A stretch of DNA of 61,971 bases, filler included, from Sphacelaria rigidula (taxonomy: Eukaryota): assembly GCA_964200075.2 (NCBI GenBank). It is 7 parts of 7 records of this genome, joined end to end, with 100 filler letters (N's around TTAATTAATTAA, not from the genome) between each part and the next. Parts side by side here need not be neighbours in the genome. Positions count along the whole stretch, not along the records: positions 8,870 to 17,638 come from CAXNAA020010155.1; positions 17,739 to 26,506 come from CAXNAA020010156.1; 5 more parts are not named here. One strand, given 5' to 3'. The first letter of the stretch is position 1, and each line of letters opens with the position of its first letter. Positions 11,398 to 24,951 of the stretch are shown one piece after another. Below the pieces are notes generated by a model. That model ran no database searches, was not told the origin of the DNA, and saw nothing but the letters and a program-made list of their open reading frames with translations. The position numbers and the translations under genes were made by a program.

Positions 11398-11976
11398 CTT
11401 GAAGCGAAGATAGACAGGGGTGGTCTGCGTGACACGGATCGTCAAATACTGCAGAACCTATCGGTGGATATGGCTCGCTCGAGGTGCCCCATCCCTCGCT
11501 TGGCGTGTCTCCTACCAAAACACGAGGGCACTCTCAGCGATAACGACAGAAGCTTGTCGAAGTGGTCTGACCGGCTACGGGCTTGGTGCGGCGACGGCAA
11601 GAGGGCTGGCAAAGGCATTGTCAGGCGGAAACTACGCCTGTTTTTCATCTGCGCTCATGACTATAGCCTAGCCGAGTGCGGACCTAATGGTCAAGGATAC
11701 AAGGTGAAACAGCTGAGGGAGTGGGCAGCGAAGGCAGTGCCGCTTGCAAAGGTGACCCTGGCCCTCGCGAGTATCACTCTCAAGGTATGCACTGGTTTGT
11801 CTATTCCGACGGATGACGTCGATGCTGCCTTCGGAGACTCCTTGGGGGGCGTAATATCGGATATCGTCGAGGAATCAGGGACTGCAGCTGTGGATGAGAT
11901 GACGACCATTGCGCGAGATGGTCTGGAGAGTGGCGCCGACGGACAGCAGCTGGAACACTTGAGCGAGGACCCAAAG
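11398..11976 (+). CDS. ROCO-family GTPase, C-terminal-region exon
   Basis: tactcag| acceptor and aag|gtgg donor, phase 0, 193 codons, in frame with the preceding exons. Contains PIPRLACLLP...LRLFFICAHDYSLAECGPNGQGYKV...W...A.P. The terminal exon is not resolved. Confidence 0.72.
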
Positions 11977-12472
11977 GTGGGCGTGTACTTCGAGCTGAAG
12001 CGGGTGACGGATATGCATCGAGTTCACGTATGGCCATACCCCCGTGATGACTCGCTAAAATCCAGACATTATCTCAGTAACCATCGATGTAAGTGTCGTG
12101 TCGGAGACGAATGGACCATATTCTGGCACGTGCGATGAAGGCCTTCAAATTTCGCTCCCTGAGCTATCTTGTACAGTTCATTGTGATCGTTTCAAGGTGT
12201 CTGCTCTTTTGGTGTACCCAAGTAGCATACACTGACGGAAGCGCTGGAGTTACAACCAGCACTTGAGATTGACCTGGCAACCACTACCGTTCAGAACTAC
12301 ACACATTAGAGCCGTGAAGTGCAGCTCTGGCCAGTTGATGTTTTTCCAGTTGATGGGAAACACATCAGTGGTGAGCGGCAAAGCCGCGAGCCCCAACGCC
12401 GAAGGCCAAAACAAAATGCGGTGTTTAGATTGTTTTCCCTTCAAAATGTAGATGTGAAAAATGTGACCTCTC

Positions 12473-13022
12473 ACATTGAGGAGCTAAGAGGCTTAGATGA
12501 CATCAAAGACGTATTGAACCAGTGAGCAATCCGAAGATCGTCCATCTGTAGTACGCAGCAGCAGAGGCTCTCCGTGAGGAGCGGAGGATGGGAATAAGGA
12601 AGCCAAGGCTGACAGCACGTGGGGATAAAAGTGCAAGATTATTCACGTACGGGCCGACAAAACGCATGTAGTCGAATAGCAAGCTCCGGTGCATATTGTA
12701 CCCTGTGGTCGCGGTTTACCGTTTGTCATTTTGTTTCGGATGTCGTTCAATGGAACGACAAACCTTGGCATGTATCCGCCGTCACCTCGCGGTGTAGTGA
12801 GAACGTGCTGCATCATTTTCGAAACACTGTTCATCATCCAATTGAGAGTTGTTGAGTGTTCGGCGTTCGGCAATTGCGGATCAAGCGTCCCGCCGTGTAA
12901 GTCACAACTTATTTTTCTTTCATCATTTTCGTTATTCGACGGACCAGCCGTTGACTTACACGCTTCCGCCGGAAATAACGAAGAACTGCTGAACCATAGG
13001 GTACCAAAGAAGCAAACGGGAC
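12473..13022 (+). repeat. Dispersed repeat, homologous to 55841-55856 + 56919-57441
   Basis: Shared blocks: cacattgaggagct, catctgtag..gcagc.gcagag, cagcacgtggggataaaag, gaatagcaagc, gaagcaa.cgggaca. Confidence 0.75.
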
Positions 13023-16000
13023 AAACAAAAATGGCACCATACACGATAAGGGTCACCATGGTGCTTCTGGAAACAAAAAAGCACGGGTCGGACGAAATAA
13101 TGATTCGTCTGGAAATTTCCTGATTCTAGCGTGATAGATTCGGTAACGGTACGAATCAATCCTTAGACAATGTTTTCAGCGTTGCAACCCAGGTACGCGC
13201 AGCCCAGGCACGTGGAATGGCGCAAAAATTGCGTGGAGACCTGTTCAACCACCGGTAAACGTTTTCTTCTTTGTTGAGTAATCAGGCCTGAAAAATTGTG
13301 GATTTGGTTATTCGAACCAGGGATGATTCGTCCGAACCGTGCAAAAAAAGGCAACTCATTTTCGGTTTGGGGCGAGGTGCTGCACGCGGACTGAACACCT
13401 CGATAAAACGTTCCAGCGCCTCAGCCCCACGCGCAAGGCGGCTGGGCAGCATGCCTGACTATTGTCTTTTTTTCACTAGTGTGACTACGCTCAACTACGG
13501 CGCGGAAAAGGACGACCTGTGTGAGTATCGTTTTTGGAACAAACGAGAAGGCGACACCCTGTTCTCTTCTTCAAAGTGATAGCTTACCCGTTTCAGCTCA
13601 CGTAAGGCCCTTTTCATGCTGAAGTGCATACCCTACTTTACCCTGCTATGTGAAGAAGTGGTGACCGAACAGTCACAGCTATGCCCATTTGGCGTATCGT
13701 CTGAGGAGCCAGCGTTACGATTACCACTTCCACACCGAACAGGGTGAACACGGGTGTGCACTTGAGCATTAACTTGGATGGGTACGGCTGTTACAGCTCG
13801 GCGTGCCCTCTGCGGAGCCGGCGGTATAGTCACCATTTCTCAAAGAAGGGTAGAGAAGGTATGCATATGAGGGTCCACACATGAACAATATTGGGAATTA
13901 CGCCCCGCCGAAAAGGCCGAAACCCAACGATCGAGAAATTGTACCTCCCTGCCGGTTGGCCCGCAGACATCCAGGACGCGAACGCTTGCATGTCGGAGCT
14001 TACGAAAGTCCAGCGAACATGTGTACTGCCTATCGGGCGTGCGTGTTGGAAAGTTTTTTCACGAATGTTCGTTTGATCTTCGTGAGCTCCGACACACGAG
14101 AGTTCGCGTCCTGGATATGTCGTCGGATCCTCGGGATCTGCGGGCCAACCAGCAGCGGTATACAATCTATCGCACTTTAGATTTCGGCCTTTTGAGCGGG
14201 ATTTTATTCACAAAAAAAAAAGAATCCGGTTGTGACTGTTCGGTGTATTTTCTGTAGATCCGGCGGTACGGTCACCAATTGACAAAAAATGGTGGGATAC
14301 CATTTTTCGCAGAGAGCCTCAGTGCAACGATTTACCATGTATTTCGATGTGTCTGGCTTAAAATGGCATGCCTTCCTTTCGGTTGCCCTCAGCAAACGAT
14401 GATGATTTGTTTAGCAGCCCCCCCTGTAGGCGGTTTCATGTGCACTCGTGTTGTCCAGCAGTCGCTGTTACCCTGAAATTGCAGACAAAAATCCAAACCC
14501 CCGTTTAGTCACCTCTACTTGGACAATACCGACCCACCGGTTCATGAGTGGAGTTTCGTGTCGCAAAATGCCGACAAGACGTTGCAGGGCGTTCTCTTCC
14601 AGAGGTAGGTGCACTCTATCGCGGGTAGGAATGGTCGCTAAAATTCGTCGTGTCTGCAATTTTATCCTACCCGCAGTTGTATTAGCAACGCCTTGCCCTC
14701 GCGCTCCGTTTACCCCGGCGTTGCCATATTTATTGATAGCCGCGGCCTGCTCCGCTTGACGGACTTCAGTATGACCAGTTCAAGGATGTGATCAAGCGCT
14801 TCGAGGTTGATGGAGTGAAGACGAGGAAGCGAGACACGCCATTCATCAGCTTCGAAGAGAGTATGAAGTTTGTCGACGAGCATGGCAAAGGGGTACAGTG
14901 GGCTTGGGTTAGAGTGAAAAACGTGGCCCTCTTCAGGAGCTGAGTACCTGCAGCATCCCACGGGCCTGATTCCCTGTTAGTGGCATGTTTGGCCCAGAAC
15001 TGATTTGGGTGCGCGATGATGTCGAAGATATCAAGAAGTGCTGGTGGACGTAGCTGTGCTATTGGTGTGTTTAGGCATGATGTTGTAGATCACTAGCAAC
15101 CCTTGTCAAGGGCTGAGTTGACTCCTGGTATTGGCGAGTGTAGATCGCCTCTCAGCCTATCTTATGATTTCGTACTATCGTTGAAGGTTTCTTGGCTTCA
15201 TCGTTTTTGATACTCCGAGTACATCTTCGTTGGTTCTACTCTGAGGTCGGTTGATCATATTGCTCTTACATAATAATTCATAATACAGAACGGCGTGTCT
15301 AAGTCAGGAAATCAGTCGATCGAATTTTCCTGCAAATTGCGTTCAAGTTACCACTCGAGCGTGCTAGCTTCTGGGGATTCTGGCACAAGAAGCAGGTGGT
15401 GCTCCGGAAAAAACAAACTGCATTTTTGTGGTGTTCGAACTATACGGCATGAACCTTCGTCTTCTGTTACCAGGCGCCCATATTTCATTTTCTCCACAAT
15501 ATAGTGTTGAAATATGTTTTATTTACCATAGAGTCAGAGTGCAGAGTGGAAGCTTCGAAACTTCACAGTGGACGTTGAAACGTTCATGGCGGAAGCTGAT
15601 GTGACGTGGCTTGACGTGATTGTTTTTGTCGTCGTGATTGGCCGCAGGTTGCCCCGTCAAATATACGATCGATCAGCGTCCACTTTAATTGAGGGACGAC
15701 AACACTTCGAAAGTACATAGGGTGGCACAACACTGACTGCACCGTACACAGCGATCGTACGCACTATACACTACGCTCTTTCACTGCACTTGCAGTACTT
15801 CAATCCACTACGGCGCACTATAAGACACTGCAGTGCTGTAGTGCTGTGCAGCGTGGAGTAGAGTGTAGCAGAGAGAGTGCAATACAGAACACTACAACAG
15901 TGCATTGCGATGCTGTGAACCATTATACTGTACAGCGATACCGTTCAGAGAGTCAGGTGTAGTACTGCTTGTGCGCTGTACACTACGAATCGTTCCCACC

Positions 16001-16958
16001 GTCTCCTTCCAGCTGAAGTAGGCAAGAGTGAGGAGCTGCACCCAACGCAACGTGTACCCGTTGAGCATTTGAATTTTCACCCTACACAACCAAGCGATGC
16101 TGATACCATGGCGGTGTCAGGGAGGTCTTCTGATCCCGATGCCAAGCTCTTCTTCTTCGTGAATGGCCTATTGTGATGAGTGTGGCAGTTTTGATGGATA
16201 ATGAATGCCCCACTTTGCTTGATAGGGTGTATTGACTTTGGGCTGGACGAGGGTGTATTGACTTTGGGCTGGACGTGATCATGGTGGTGAGGGTGGGCGT
16301 GGTCATTTTTCATTCCGCGATGAACTCTGAAGAGGAGACGGTTTTCAGAGTGAAGTGGTGCAAACGGCACTCTGGCCCTGAAAAATTCGCTCTGAAAAGT
16401 ACTTCATAGCGGAAGGTGCACCGTTACCGTCCAAAATTTGAAAAAAGGTTTCCGAAACTCTTTAATGAGTCAGAATTTTCATGCATGTCACGTATCAACT
16501 TGATGTTTCATCCTCCACAGGTGATTAATCACCTTCACTCGAAATATCGAGCGTTGGTGTTTGTTGGGAAAAAAGTAGGTCGCGCTCAGGACACACGTTC
16601 CAGTATTGTGATGTAGGTGCAATACGGATGAAAACCCCCCATCGTCCACGGGGTGCTATTGACCGTGTATGATCCCAAAACGTTTTATTTTGCTGTAGCG
16701 CAATACATGTCAAGATGAAAAAAACGACGGTCCATATAATTGTTTATTGTTCACAACAACGATCTGGATGGTTCCGGTCGAGCGAAGATACCAAAAAACA
16801 ATCACCGAGGGCTGTACAATCGTAGGGCCGCAACTACCGGTGAGCGCGCAACTTGTTCAAAAGTTCACTTCTCCGGTAGCACCTTGATCGGTAAAAAGTG
16901 AGGAAAAAAGACAAATCCATTTTCTCCACGGGATTGGTTCGATCGAGCAAAAGATTCA

Positions 16959-17195
16959 TGCCGAGATAGCCCCCCCACGAAGAATGCACGTGAGACGGTG
17001 CGACAAAACGGCTGCGATCCCACTATTGGGCTCGTTTGCAACAATTTCACCCACATGAGAAGCATGGAGCAGTTCGAAATGAGCTATTACACCCAAATAT
17101 GTCGCGTCGTGCAGCACGAAACCAGCTTTAACGGTATTTATGATCATCGCCTCCGTGCACTTTTTTGGCCGGTTCGGGGGGGGGCCATCTCGGCA
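16959..17195. mobile_element. Short element bounded by ~22-bp inverted repeats (MITE-like)
   Basis: tgccgagatagccccccc ... ggggggggccatctcggca. Confidence 0.5.
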
Positions 17196-17579
17196 GCAGT
17201 CAAAAATACCAAATGATGTGATCAGCGTGGGGTTGTGTAATTGCAGGCCCCCAATGACGGTTACCCCGTAAGTCTCCGTTAAATCATCATACTGATTGGG
17301 TACACCCTACATCCTAACAAGTTGGTGAAACCTCCTTGCAAATATATACGAGCTTGACCAGCCGAGAAGCGAACTTGTAATTCGCAGGCCCATTTACCGG
17401 CCAATATTTGGAGTTGGACCCTTAAATTTGATACTGTATGAGCGATGAATAGGGCATGGTGAAAACAAATACCAGTGCACACAAGGTTTTTTTTTGGCGT
17501 TGGTTCGGGGCTTTTTACTGATACTTGAAAACTGATTATTGCCCTTCACTCTTGGGGCAAAAACAAAACTTGTGCGCAC

Positions 17580-17638
17580 TTGTTGTTGTTGTTGTTGTTG
17601 TCTTCACATTAAAAGCCGTTCCGATATCTGCCCGGTAC
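17580..17638 (-). mobile_element. Probable retroposon (SINE/LINE) 3' end with a (CAA)n tail; second copy at ~30554-30603
   Basis: (ttg)n-tcttcacattaaaa.ccgttccgatatctgc.cggtac occurs on two different contigs. Confidence 0.55.
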
Positions 17639-17738
17639 NNNNNNNNNNNNNNNNNNNNNNNNNNNNNNNNNNNNNNNNNNNNTTAATTAATTAANNNNNN
17701 NNNNNNNNNNNNNNNNNNNNNNNNNNNNNNNNNNNNNN
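17639..17738. other. Artificial 100-nt contig spacer
   Basis: N44-TTAATTAATTAA-N44. Confidence 0.98.
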
Positions 17739-18665
17739 ACTCGACTGTTTATTTTCACATAAGCGATCGCTCAAGGTTGGTGCACAGCTAGGGGAATGAT
17801 CCCTACTCGCAGCACTATCCCGACGGTTAGACTTGAGTGTTGTGCTAGATCTCAACTCTAAGGCCCTGCTAGCACCTGCCTGCAATAATATGCCTGCAGA
17901 CTGGTTGACACTTCGATCTATACAGAGGTGTGGATCCTTGCTAAAAACCAAGCCCAAGGTTTCGCCTTTTTGTTAAATATATATAAAGAGACAAACGCAG
18001 CAGCACACACCTACAAACAACAATACAAGAGTCGGTAAAGAGGCACACATGAATCGTTTGGATAACGTCTTCCTCGTCTACTGACGTCAACAAGGCTCTA
18101 AAACACCCATTTCGTTTGGAACGTTTTTTACTCTTTTTTTCTGCCTGACGAGAAGGGGGAGAGGGGGGGGGCGTGTGGGTCTAGGAATATTTTTCTTGTG
18201 CCCTCCCGTCGATCCCAAGAGTTTTTTTTCATGAATTGAAGGCATTTTACTGATCGTTCATGCCCTGGACTGCTAGAAAAAACTATTTTGGCACGTCTAC
18301 GAAAAACATGTATAAATGAAGGCCCACTTGTTTCTTCATGCGCAACACTATCGTGGTTCTCCGTGCCAAGTTTCGAATCACAATCATAATCCTAAAAGTT
18401 GAGCCAAAACATCGAGATAAGTCTAAGAGTAACGTAAAATATCTGCCTCTGCTCTTTTCGGATTTTTCACCTTACTCTGTTTCGGATTTTTGAACGATAT
18501 CTGTCTCAGAGATAAGATCAATTTCTCTCAAGAAAGCTGACAAAAAAAATCATGGTATTTCATCATCATGTCCTCTGGGGAGGAGGGGGGGGGGGGTATG
18601 TGTCCGAGACATTTCTCCGCGCTGCCCCCTTGGCTGCACATGAATATATTACACTAGTATACCAC

Positions 18666-19533
18666 CGCAAAAAGTATATCCACCTATATAGGCAGATCCT
18701 TATTTCCACCGTGATCTTCTATCATGACCGATCCCGCGTTGTTTCTTCTAATTCGGGAGCCCACATTTTTTCAATGAGCTGCCCGTTACCGATGTTTTCC
18801 AACAAACTAGGTTCGGGTTACGAGCACAACCAGAGCCAAGTTTTTTTTAATTTGAGAGCGCCACTAGTAGCCTGCCACTGAGCTCCTTGATACCCCTGAC
18901 TAGGATGTTGACGTGTAGCTGTAAGCACACGATTGATGCGAAGAAAAGCACACACGGAATGGAAATTGGCGAAGTTACAGCGAATCATCCAAGCCACTCA
19001 GTCAGCGCTCTACTCTCAATCTCACGAAAACGTTGTTAGGAGTACAATGCGGTGCCACAATACAGGCTGCGGATTTTGCGAACAGTACGACATCACAAGT
19101 ATAGGCTATGCTTTGCAAACACGGCACAGCTGTAAGTAGCCTATATTTTCTATCTTGAACTACTCCATGTCCGAGTACAGGCTGTACTCTGCCAGGTTGC
19201 GAGCACGGGCTGTACTCGGGAGCACAGTAGACAGCTGTGCTTTGCCAATACAGTACAGTACTATACCGTCTTCACTGTAGGGTTCGAGGTCACATACATG
19301 CAGATGCACGTCCATGGCAGTGGATGCAAGTGCAGAGGGTATGACTATTGACTACAGCCTGCACTACGGTACTACACGTGAAGGCTTTACTTTGTTCGAA
19401 AACATCAGTAACGGGCAGTTGATGAAAAAAATGTGGGCTCCCGAGCTTAAAAAACAACAACGCGTAGTCGGTCGTGATACAAGGTCACGGGGGAGATGAG
19501 GATCCACCTATATAGGTGGATATACTTTTTGCG
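18666..19533. mobile_element. Non-autonomous TIR element with ~140-bp inverted arms
   Basis: cgcaaaaagtatatccacctatatagg...cgggagcccacatttttt...ctgcccgttac.gatgttttc is mirrored at ~19390-19533. Confidence 0.8.
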
Positions 19534-22500
19534 CGCAGACCACACCCTCAGGGTACATCTGTATAATGTGGGCAGAGTTTTTGGCCCACGGGTTGTTCGC
19601 TTCTGGTACGTTTGACCCACCGCTTGACCCTCAATCCAAGAAAACCGCCAACACACGTCTTGGACACGTTGCATCACCCCACAGAGAGGAGCCTGGCCTG
19701 TTTTTCAGATTCGCTTGGCTCTGGGGTTTGAAATTGGCCACGAAATAAAAAATTTGCTCGCAAACTTCTGTGCTTGCCGATCTCCGCCAGATTAGGATGT
19801 GAAGATTACATATCCTCGCTACCTAACAAAAATCCATATGAAACCTACTATCGATACATTCAGCGGGTGACGATGATTTTTGGCGTGTACAATTCATGGA
19901 GCACGGAGATATGATAGATACACTCACCTTCACCTTATTCGTAATATGTGTAGTTCGCTCGCGGTCGGAATCTTGCCTCGCCCGACAGCCGCCGCGATCC
20001 CTGAGATATGCAATGTCGAAATAGGCGCATCGGCACGCATCACGCTCAACTAAAGCTACCAACTAACCAAGGGTTTGAGCCATTTTTTTTTACGTTTTGA
20101 CCTACCTTCGTAAACTCCTCTGCAGTCGTAACTGCTCCGACGTTTTCTTTTTTCGTACGATCTCCGGACTTTCTGCTGGGTACGTTGTCGATCGCCTGCA
20201 GGGGTGGAGTGTTCCGCGACACGCGCGAGGGCAGAGGCCAGCTGGCTTCAGTCAAGGGCATGGGATGGCGGGTGAAGTCTGCTGTTGTTTGTGAAGCGGA
20301 TGGAAGGAGAGTGGCGAAGGTGGTACTGGCGTCAGAGGAGCCGGCACCAGTCGTGAGTCGAAGCGAGCGCCAGCGCAAGCCGGTACTACGATGCGCACAA
20401 AAATCTGAGGTTGCGCTATCGAGTACTTGTCACAGGCATACGGGCATAGGTACAGCATCGATCGAAACTCCCTTCATGAGTTTCACAGGCGTAGGGGCAT
20501 ATACACGCCAAAACACTCATCAGAGATGGACAAAGCAAGTTCGGGTTCAAATCTGTACTGTGTTCACTTCGCGGCGCAAATGTTGTTTCAACACCGTCCC
20601 ACGTACATGAATTGTCTTTGGGCAGGTTGCATCGCCAGCATTCCTCGGCAATGTTCCTCATGATGAGGATTGAAGGCAACAGTATGCACGAGACAGTTGC
20701 AAAAGCAGCTTGTCTCGTCCGTGTTGTCGTGTATGTCACGGCCCGTATCTCGCCGCGACCTTCCCGTTTGCAAACACAAACAGCGCACGGGCGAACTCGG
20801 GTATACCCACTTGTTTCGTGGAGTACCTGCACACCGCCCCTGAAAAGTAGAGCTTGAAGATACCTCAAGTGCAAGTGCTTTCGCGAGACGAAAAAAACAT
20901 GATGACCGCACATCACCCACCCCGCCTCTCCAGCGCCCCACCTAGATCACACTTCGCAGTCGTTTCCTCAAGGTGGAAGATCACAGCAATCGGATGCGAA
21001 TGCAGAGGAGTTCACGGAGGTGAGTAGGAACCAGCCTTGCTCCGTTTGCTGGATGTACACTTGCTGGAGCGGGCTTGCACAGTCTTGAACTCTGATTGAA
21101 CTTATTGTAATTGTCTTCCGGGTCGACCTCCTTCACACTTGCGGTATTTCGTTCGAGACGACAAACGTGGATTGTGAGAACAACCGACCTCGCCCCTCTT
21201 GAGCGGGACAGTAGAGTCTGCCTGTACTGTATCGAGTCGCTCGTGAGGCCGCTCCGTGTAAGAGACATAAATAAAACCGCAAAAAAGCTGCTCACCTCCC
21301 ACAGGTAGGGGTGACTCAAAGTGAAGTAAAGCATTCTCGCGGCAATCCGGAGTATGGCCGAGCATTTGAAAATCGCCACTGGGCAAATCGAGGACCCACC
21401 TGAAATCAGGGCCAGGACTATCGAATGGGGCATGCGCTGTATGACTGTGCTGTAGCACAGACACACTCATGGTCTGTCTTGTGCGTTGCAGGTGTCGCTG
21501 CACTGTACGGCGTCTTGAGGCCTTTGTGGAGACAGTTTGATCTCCGGTGGGAGTGCCTGATTTGCTCAAAATATTGTTGACACGCAGTGCTCTTTACACA
21601 CAGTTGAAACTTTCATGGGGTGTTGGCTGTTTCGTCTCGAGTCACAGGAATGAGGCGCTCCCCAAACCCATCACCTTCCCCCTCAGACGGGCTTCGTGAA
21701 ATATCTCTGGAAGGATTAAAAAATTCTGGTGGGTTTTGCGGGGTTCGTGAAATATCTGCCTCTGCTCCTTGCATCCTATATCCCGACGAATTCAGGCATG
21801 AGGAAAATACAAAAGAGTGACGCTTTTCCCCTTCATTTTAACATCTTTTTTTGGTGTTTTTAGTGGAGTTTGGGGGGAAACGAACGTTGCTCTTGGGCCT
21901 CATCTCGATGTTTTGGCTCAACATTTAGAATTATGACTTGAAACCTGGCACGGGGAACCACAACAGTGTTGCGAGTAAAAAACAAGTGGGCCTTCATTTT
22001 CCAAGATTTTTTCGTAGAGGTTACGTTGTTCACGTGAAGAAATGGTCTTCACCGTACTAGAACGCCCTAACCTGTGAAAAAAGTAATTAAAGAACTGATC
22101 TGCTTTGTTCTGTTGATTTTTCCTTGGAGAGCGCCCACGCAACATTTCAATAGACGAAAACCACACGCCGGCTGGTGGGTGGCTTTCGGAATACTGTTCC
22201 GAATTTTGACTGATCCTGTTTTCCGAAGGCCCATGCTCCCGCCGATATTTTGACTTGGATCCTAAAATTTGGTATGCACAACAAATGGGGCATGGAACTA
22301 AATTACCTCGGTGCCAAAATAGTTTTTTAAACAGTCCGGGGCAATAGTCAGTTTTTGGCTTTCAGGAAAATGCCTTCCACTCATGAAGAAAAATATGGTA
22401 CCGACGTCATTTTTTCTTTCATGCCCTTTTCATTGTAAATACTAAATTTCAGGGTCCAACTCCAAATATTGGCGGGAGCATGGGCCTGCAAACTTCAAAT

Positions 22501-23539
22501 CCCCCTCCAGGCTGGCCGAGCTCGTAGGAAGCGGTGTGAGTGGCGTGCTAGAGTAGGTCGGAGGATATCGTAAGACGGTCAACCGTAAACGTTGCGGGAC
22601 ATATGACTGACTAAGTCCCGAGCCCAACCGCCGACACTGCTGCTGTACGAGCTGGGCCAGCCTTAAAACGGATTTGAGCTGTATAAGTAATGTCTCATCG
22701 ACATGAACGAGTTGGGCCGTGATCCACATATCGCATCAATCGTCTAACCAAGGGCAAGGTGCCCGTCTGCTCAAAAGTTTGGTCTCATATTTTCTCGTTG
22801 GTTGAACCCCATGTCAGGAAACTCCCATACCTGAGGGGGATAGTGCCAAAACTAGAATCTTTATGACACCCCCGATCGACGCATTTAGCGCTTGGCGACG
22901 AATTTTGGTGGGGAGAACCACAAAAGAGCGCCGAATGAAGAACAAAATGGGCCTGAAATTTTTTTCGTGGAGGTCAAGGCGTTCTCGTGAAGAAATGGTC
23001 TTTACCATAGAAGAACGCCCTAAACCAGTGGACACAAATGAAGAAAATCAAATACTTGCTCGAGGTATCGCGATCCTTAGCCCGCGTCTTTGGCCGACGT
23101 GCAGGTACTGGATCGGATTTGATCACTCGCGACTTATATCTGATGTGCCAGGTGTAGCTTACACCAATGACTCCGACCTCGCGTGTGCTCATGTGCCACC
23201 TTTGCCGGCAGTATGATATCAGTCGGCGAGGTGTACGTGGGGCCGACACCACTCCCATCCGCGCTGCCCACGGACACGGGAGGATTGCTCGTTCGGGGTC
23301 CAGGCGACACGACCGAAAAGATCATGACGGGTGCTTCACAGACTTTCGGCTACAAGCTGGAGGTGAGAACAGCGCTGCATGGGGGGCGATGAAGACTCTG
23401 TGACCCCGTAGTCCTCTCTCCCCTCGCCCTTTACCGCCGTTTGCGTCCTGATATGTACGCGACTGTCTCACGATTTGAAGGGATGTCGGGGGTGCACGAA
23501 AAAAACAAAACGCACACCTATGAACCCTTCCCCCCCTAC

Positions 23540-23800
23540 CCGAACGGGACGGCGCGGGACGTGCTAGAGGGGGAAATCCGGGACGTGAACGAAGGTGGTA
23601 TGCAATCGTTTGATGCATTAAGCAGTAGGGAGAAGACGATATCTATACTAGGAGATAGTGGCCAGAGACGGCGAAACAGATCGGGGAGAAGATATGCAAC
23701 AGGTTTTTGTGTAATGTATCGAAAAATCGTAGTGAGCTGCTGAAGGAACGTAATGAGCGCCGGAATGTTGGAGGTGTCTTTGTTAGGAGTAGGAACGGTG
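23540..23800 (+). mobile_element. Possible decayed 3' fragment of a non-LTR retrotransposon ORF
   Basis: The peptide RDVLEGEIRDVNEGGMQSFDALSSREKTISILGD looks coding and is followed by a frameshift. The family assignment is from recollection of brown-algal LINE C-termini only. Confidence 0.3.
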
Positions 23801-23937
23801 CTCCGTCTCGAAAAATATGCGTGGTCAATGGTCAAACGACCAAGGAAAGTAGCGAACGAGTACACCCCACCCCCCTACCCCCCTGAGAGGTCCAAATAAA
23901 AAGTGGGACATGGGTGCGCGTTTTTGTTTTTTCGTGC

Positions 23938-24021
23938 ACCGTTGGAGATGTAGTGTTTACCGTTGGAGATGTAGTGTTTACCGTTGGAGATGTAGTGTTT
24001 ACCGTTGGAGATGTAGTGTTT
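23938..24021. repeat. Perfect 21-bp minisatellite x4 (accgttggagatgtagtgttt)
   Basis: Four identical adjacent copies. Confidence 0.95.
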
Positions 24022-24306
24022 GTTTTACTGCGTGGTATCGACTTTTTTTCCCTCCCGCTTTACCTCACTTCGTAAAAAAACAGTTTTTTTCGGGTCCGTT
24101 TATGGGCGCGTCCACATCGCGATGCCCGGGGGACATGCGGTTTCGGGAACAACTACACATCGTGGTTTTGATACCCCTGTCTGACCGCTGATTCTAACCA
24201 CCGCCCCTCTTCCGTATCCCGATTTGACTTTCTCACGTTCGTTGCCGCCGGCCGTCTCTACCTTGTCCACCGTTGATTTCGGTCGCAGCGTTCGACGTTC
24301 AATCAG

Positions 24307-24951
24307 ATGAACGAGCTGTTCCTCATCACGAAGCCCGGCCAGCAGAAGATCGTATACCCTGAAATTCCCTTGTGGGGAAAGTACAGGGTATACAACACGC
24401 CTAGAGAGGCTGTGCATTCGATACCTCAAGAAATCCTGCATCAGCAATGTATTCGCATGGTCTTGGTCGCATCGAACAGACAACTCAGGCGCCTCGTAGA
24501 ACCCGGCAGGGAAGCCTGCCAGCCGGAAGCGGCCCTGTAGTTGGAGGTCTCAGACACGTGCCCATTCTACCATTTGGAATGGGATACGGGCGGGGAGGGT
24601 ATCGTGATGGGGATCAGGTCGAAAATACCGCACAACGGCCCCAGAGACTCGTACATTACCGCTGCGATAGGCGGCGCAGATGGTACGCAGCATGTTGTTG
24701 TAATAGACAGTGTGCTAGAGAGTCGAGAGAGGAAAGGGAGGCTCACCGCGAAGCAGCCTATCGCGGTCACTCTCGGGGATCTGGTCGTAAGTGCATCGGG
24801 ATTCGAGCAAACGTGGCTGAGGGCCAGACGCGACACGGGTCGAGAGGGGTTGAGGGACGAGGTAGCCCCCGATGATGGCCATGATGACTGTGATACTGGA
24901 AGTGATGGCGATGGAGATGATGGTGGTGGTGATGGCAATAGCAACTGGTGA
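24307..24951 (+). pseudogene. Exon-like reading frame (~214 codons) broken by one in-frame TAG; product unknown
   Basis: Preceded by aatcag|. ORFs 24307-24540 and 24541-24951 are in the same frame. The composition is protein-like, with an acidic Gly/Asp tail. Confidence 0.4.

Noticed and set aside
14710-15240. Minus-strand peptide NPSPLYPFAMLVDKLH as a LINE RT fragment
   Set aside because: It only loosely resembles the QG.PLSP motif and has no YADD. Too weak to call without a search.
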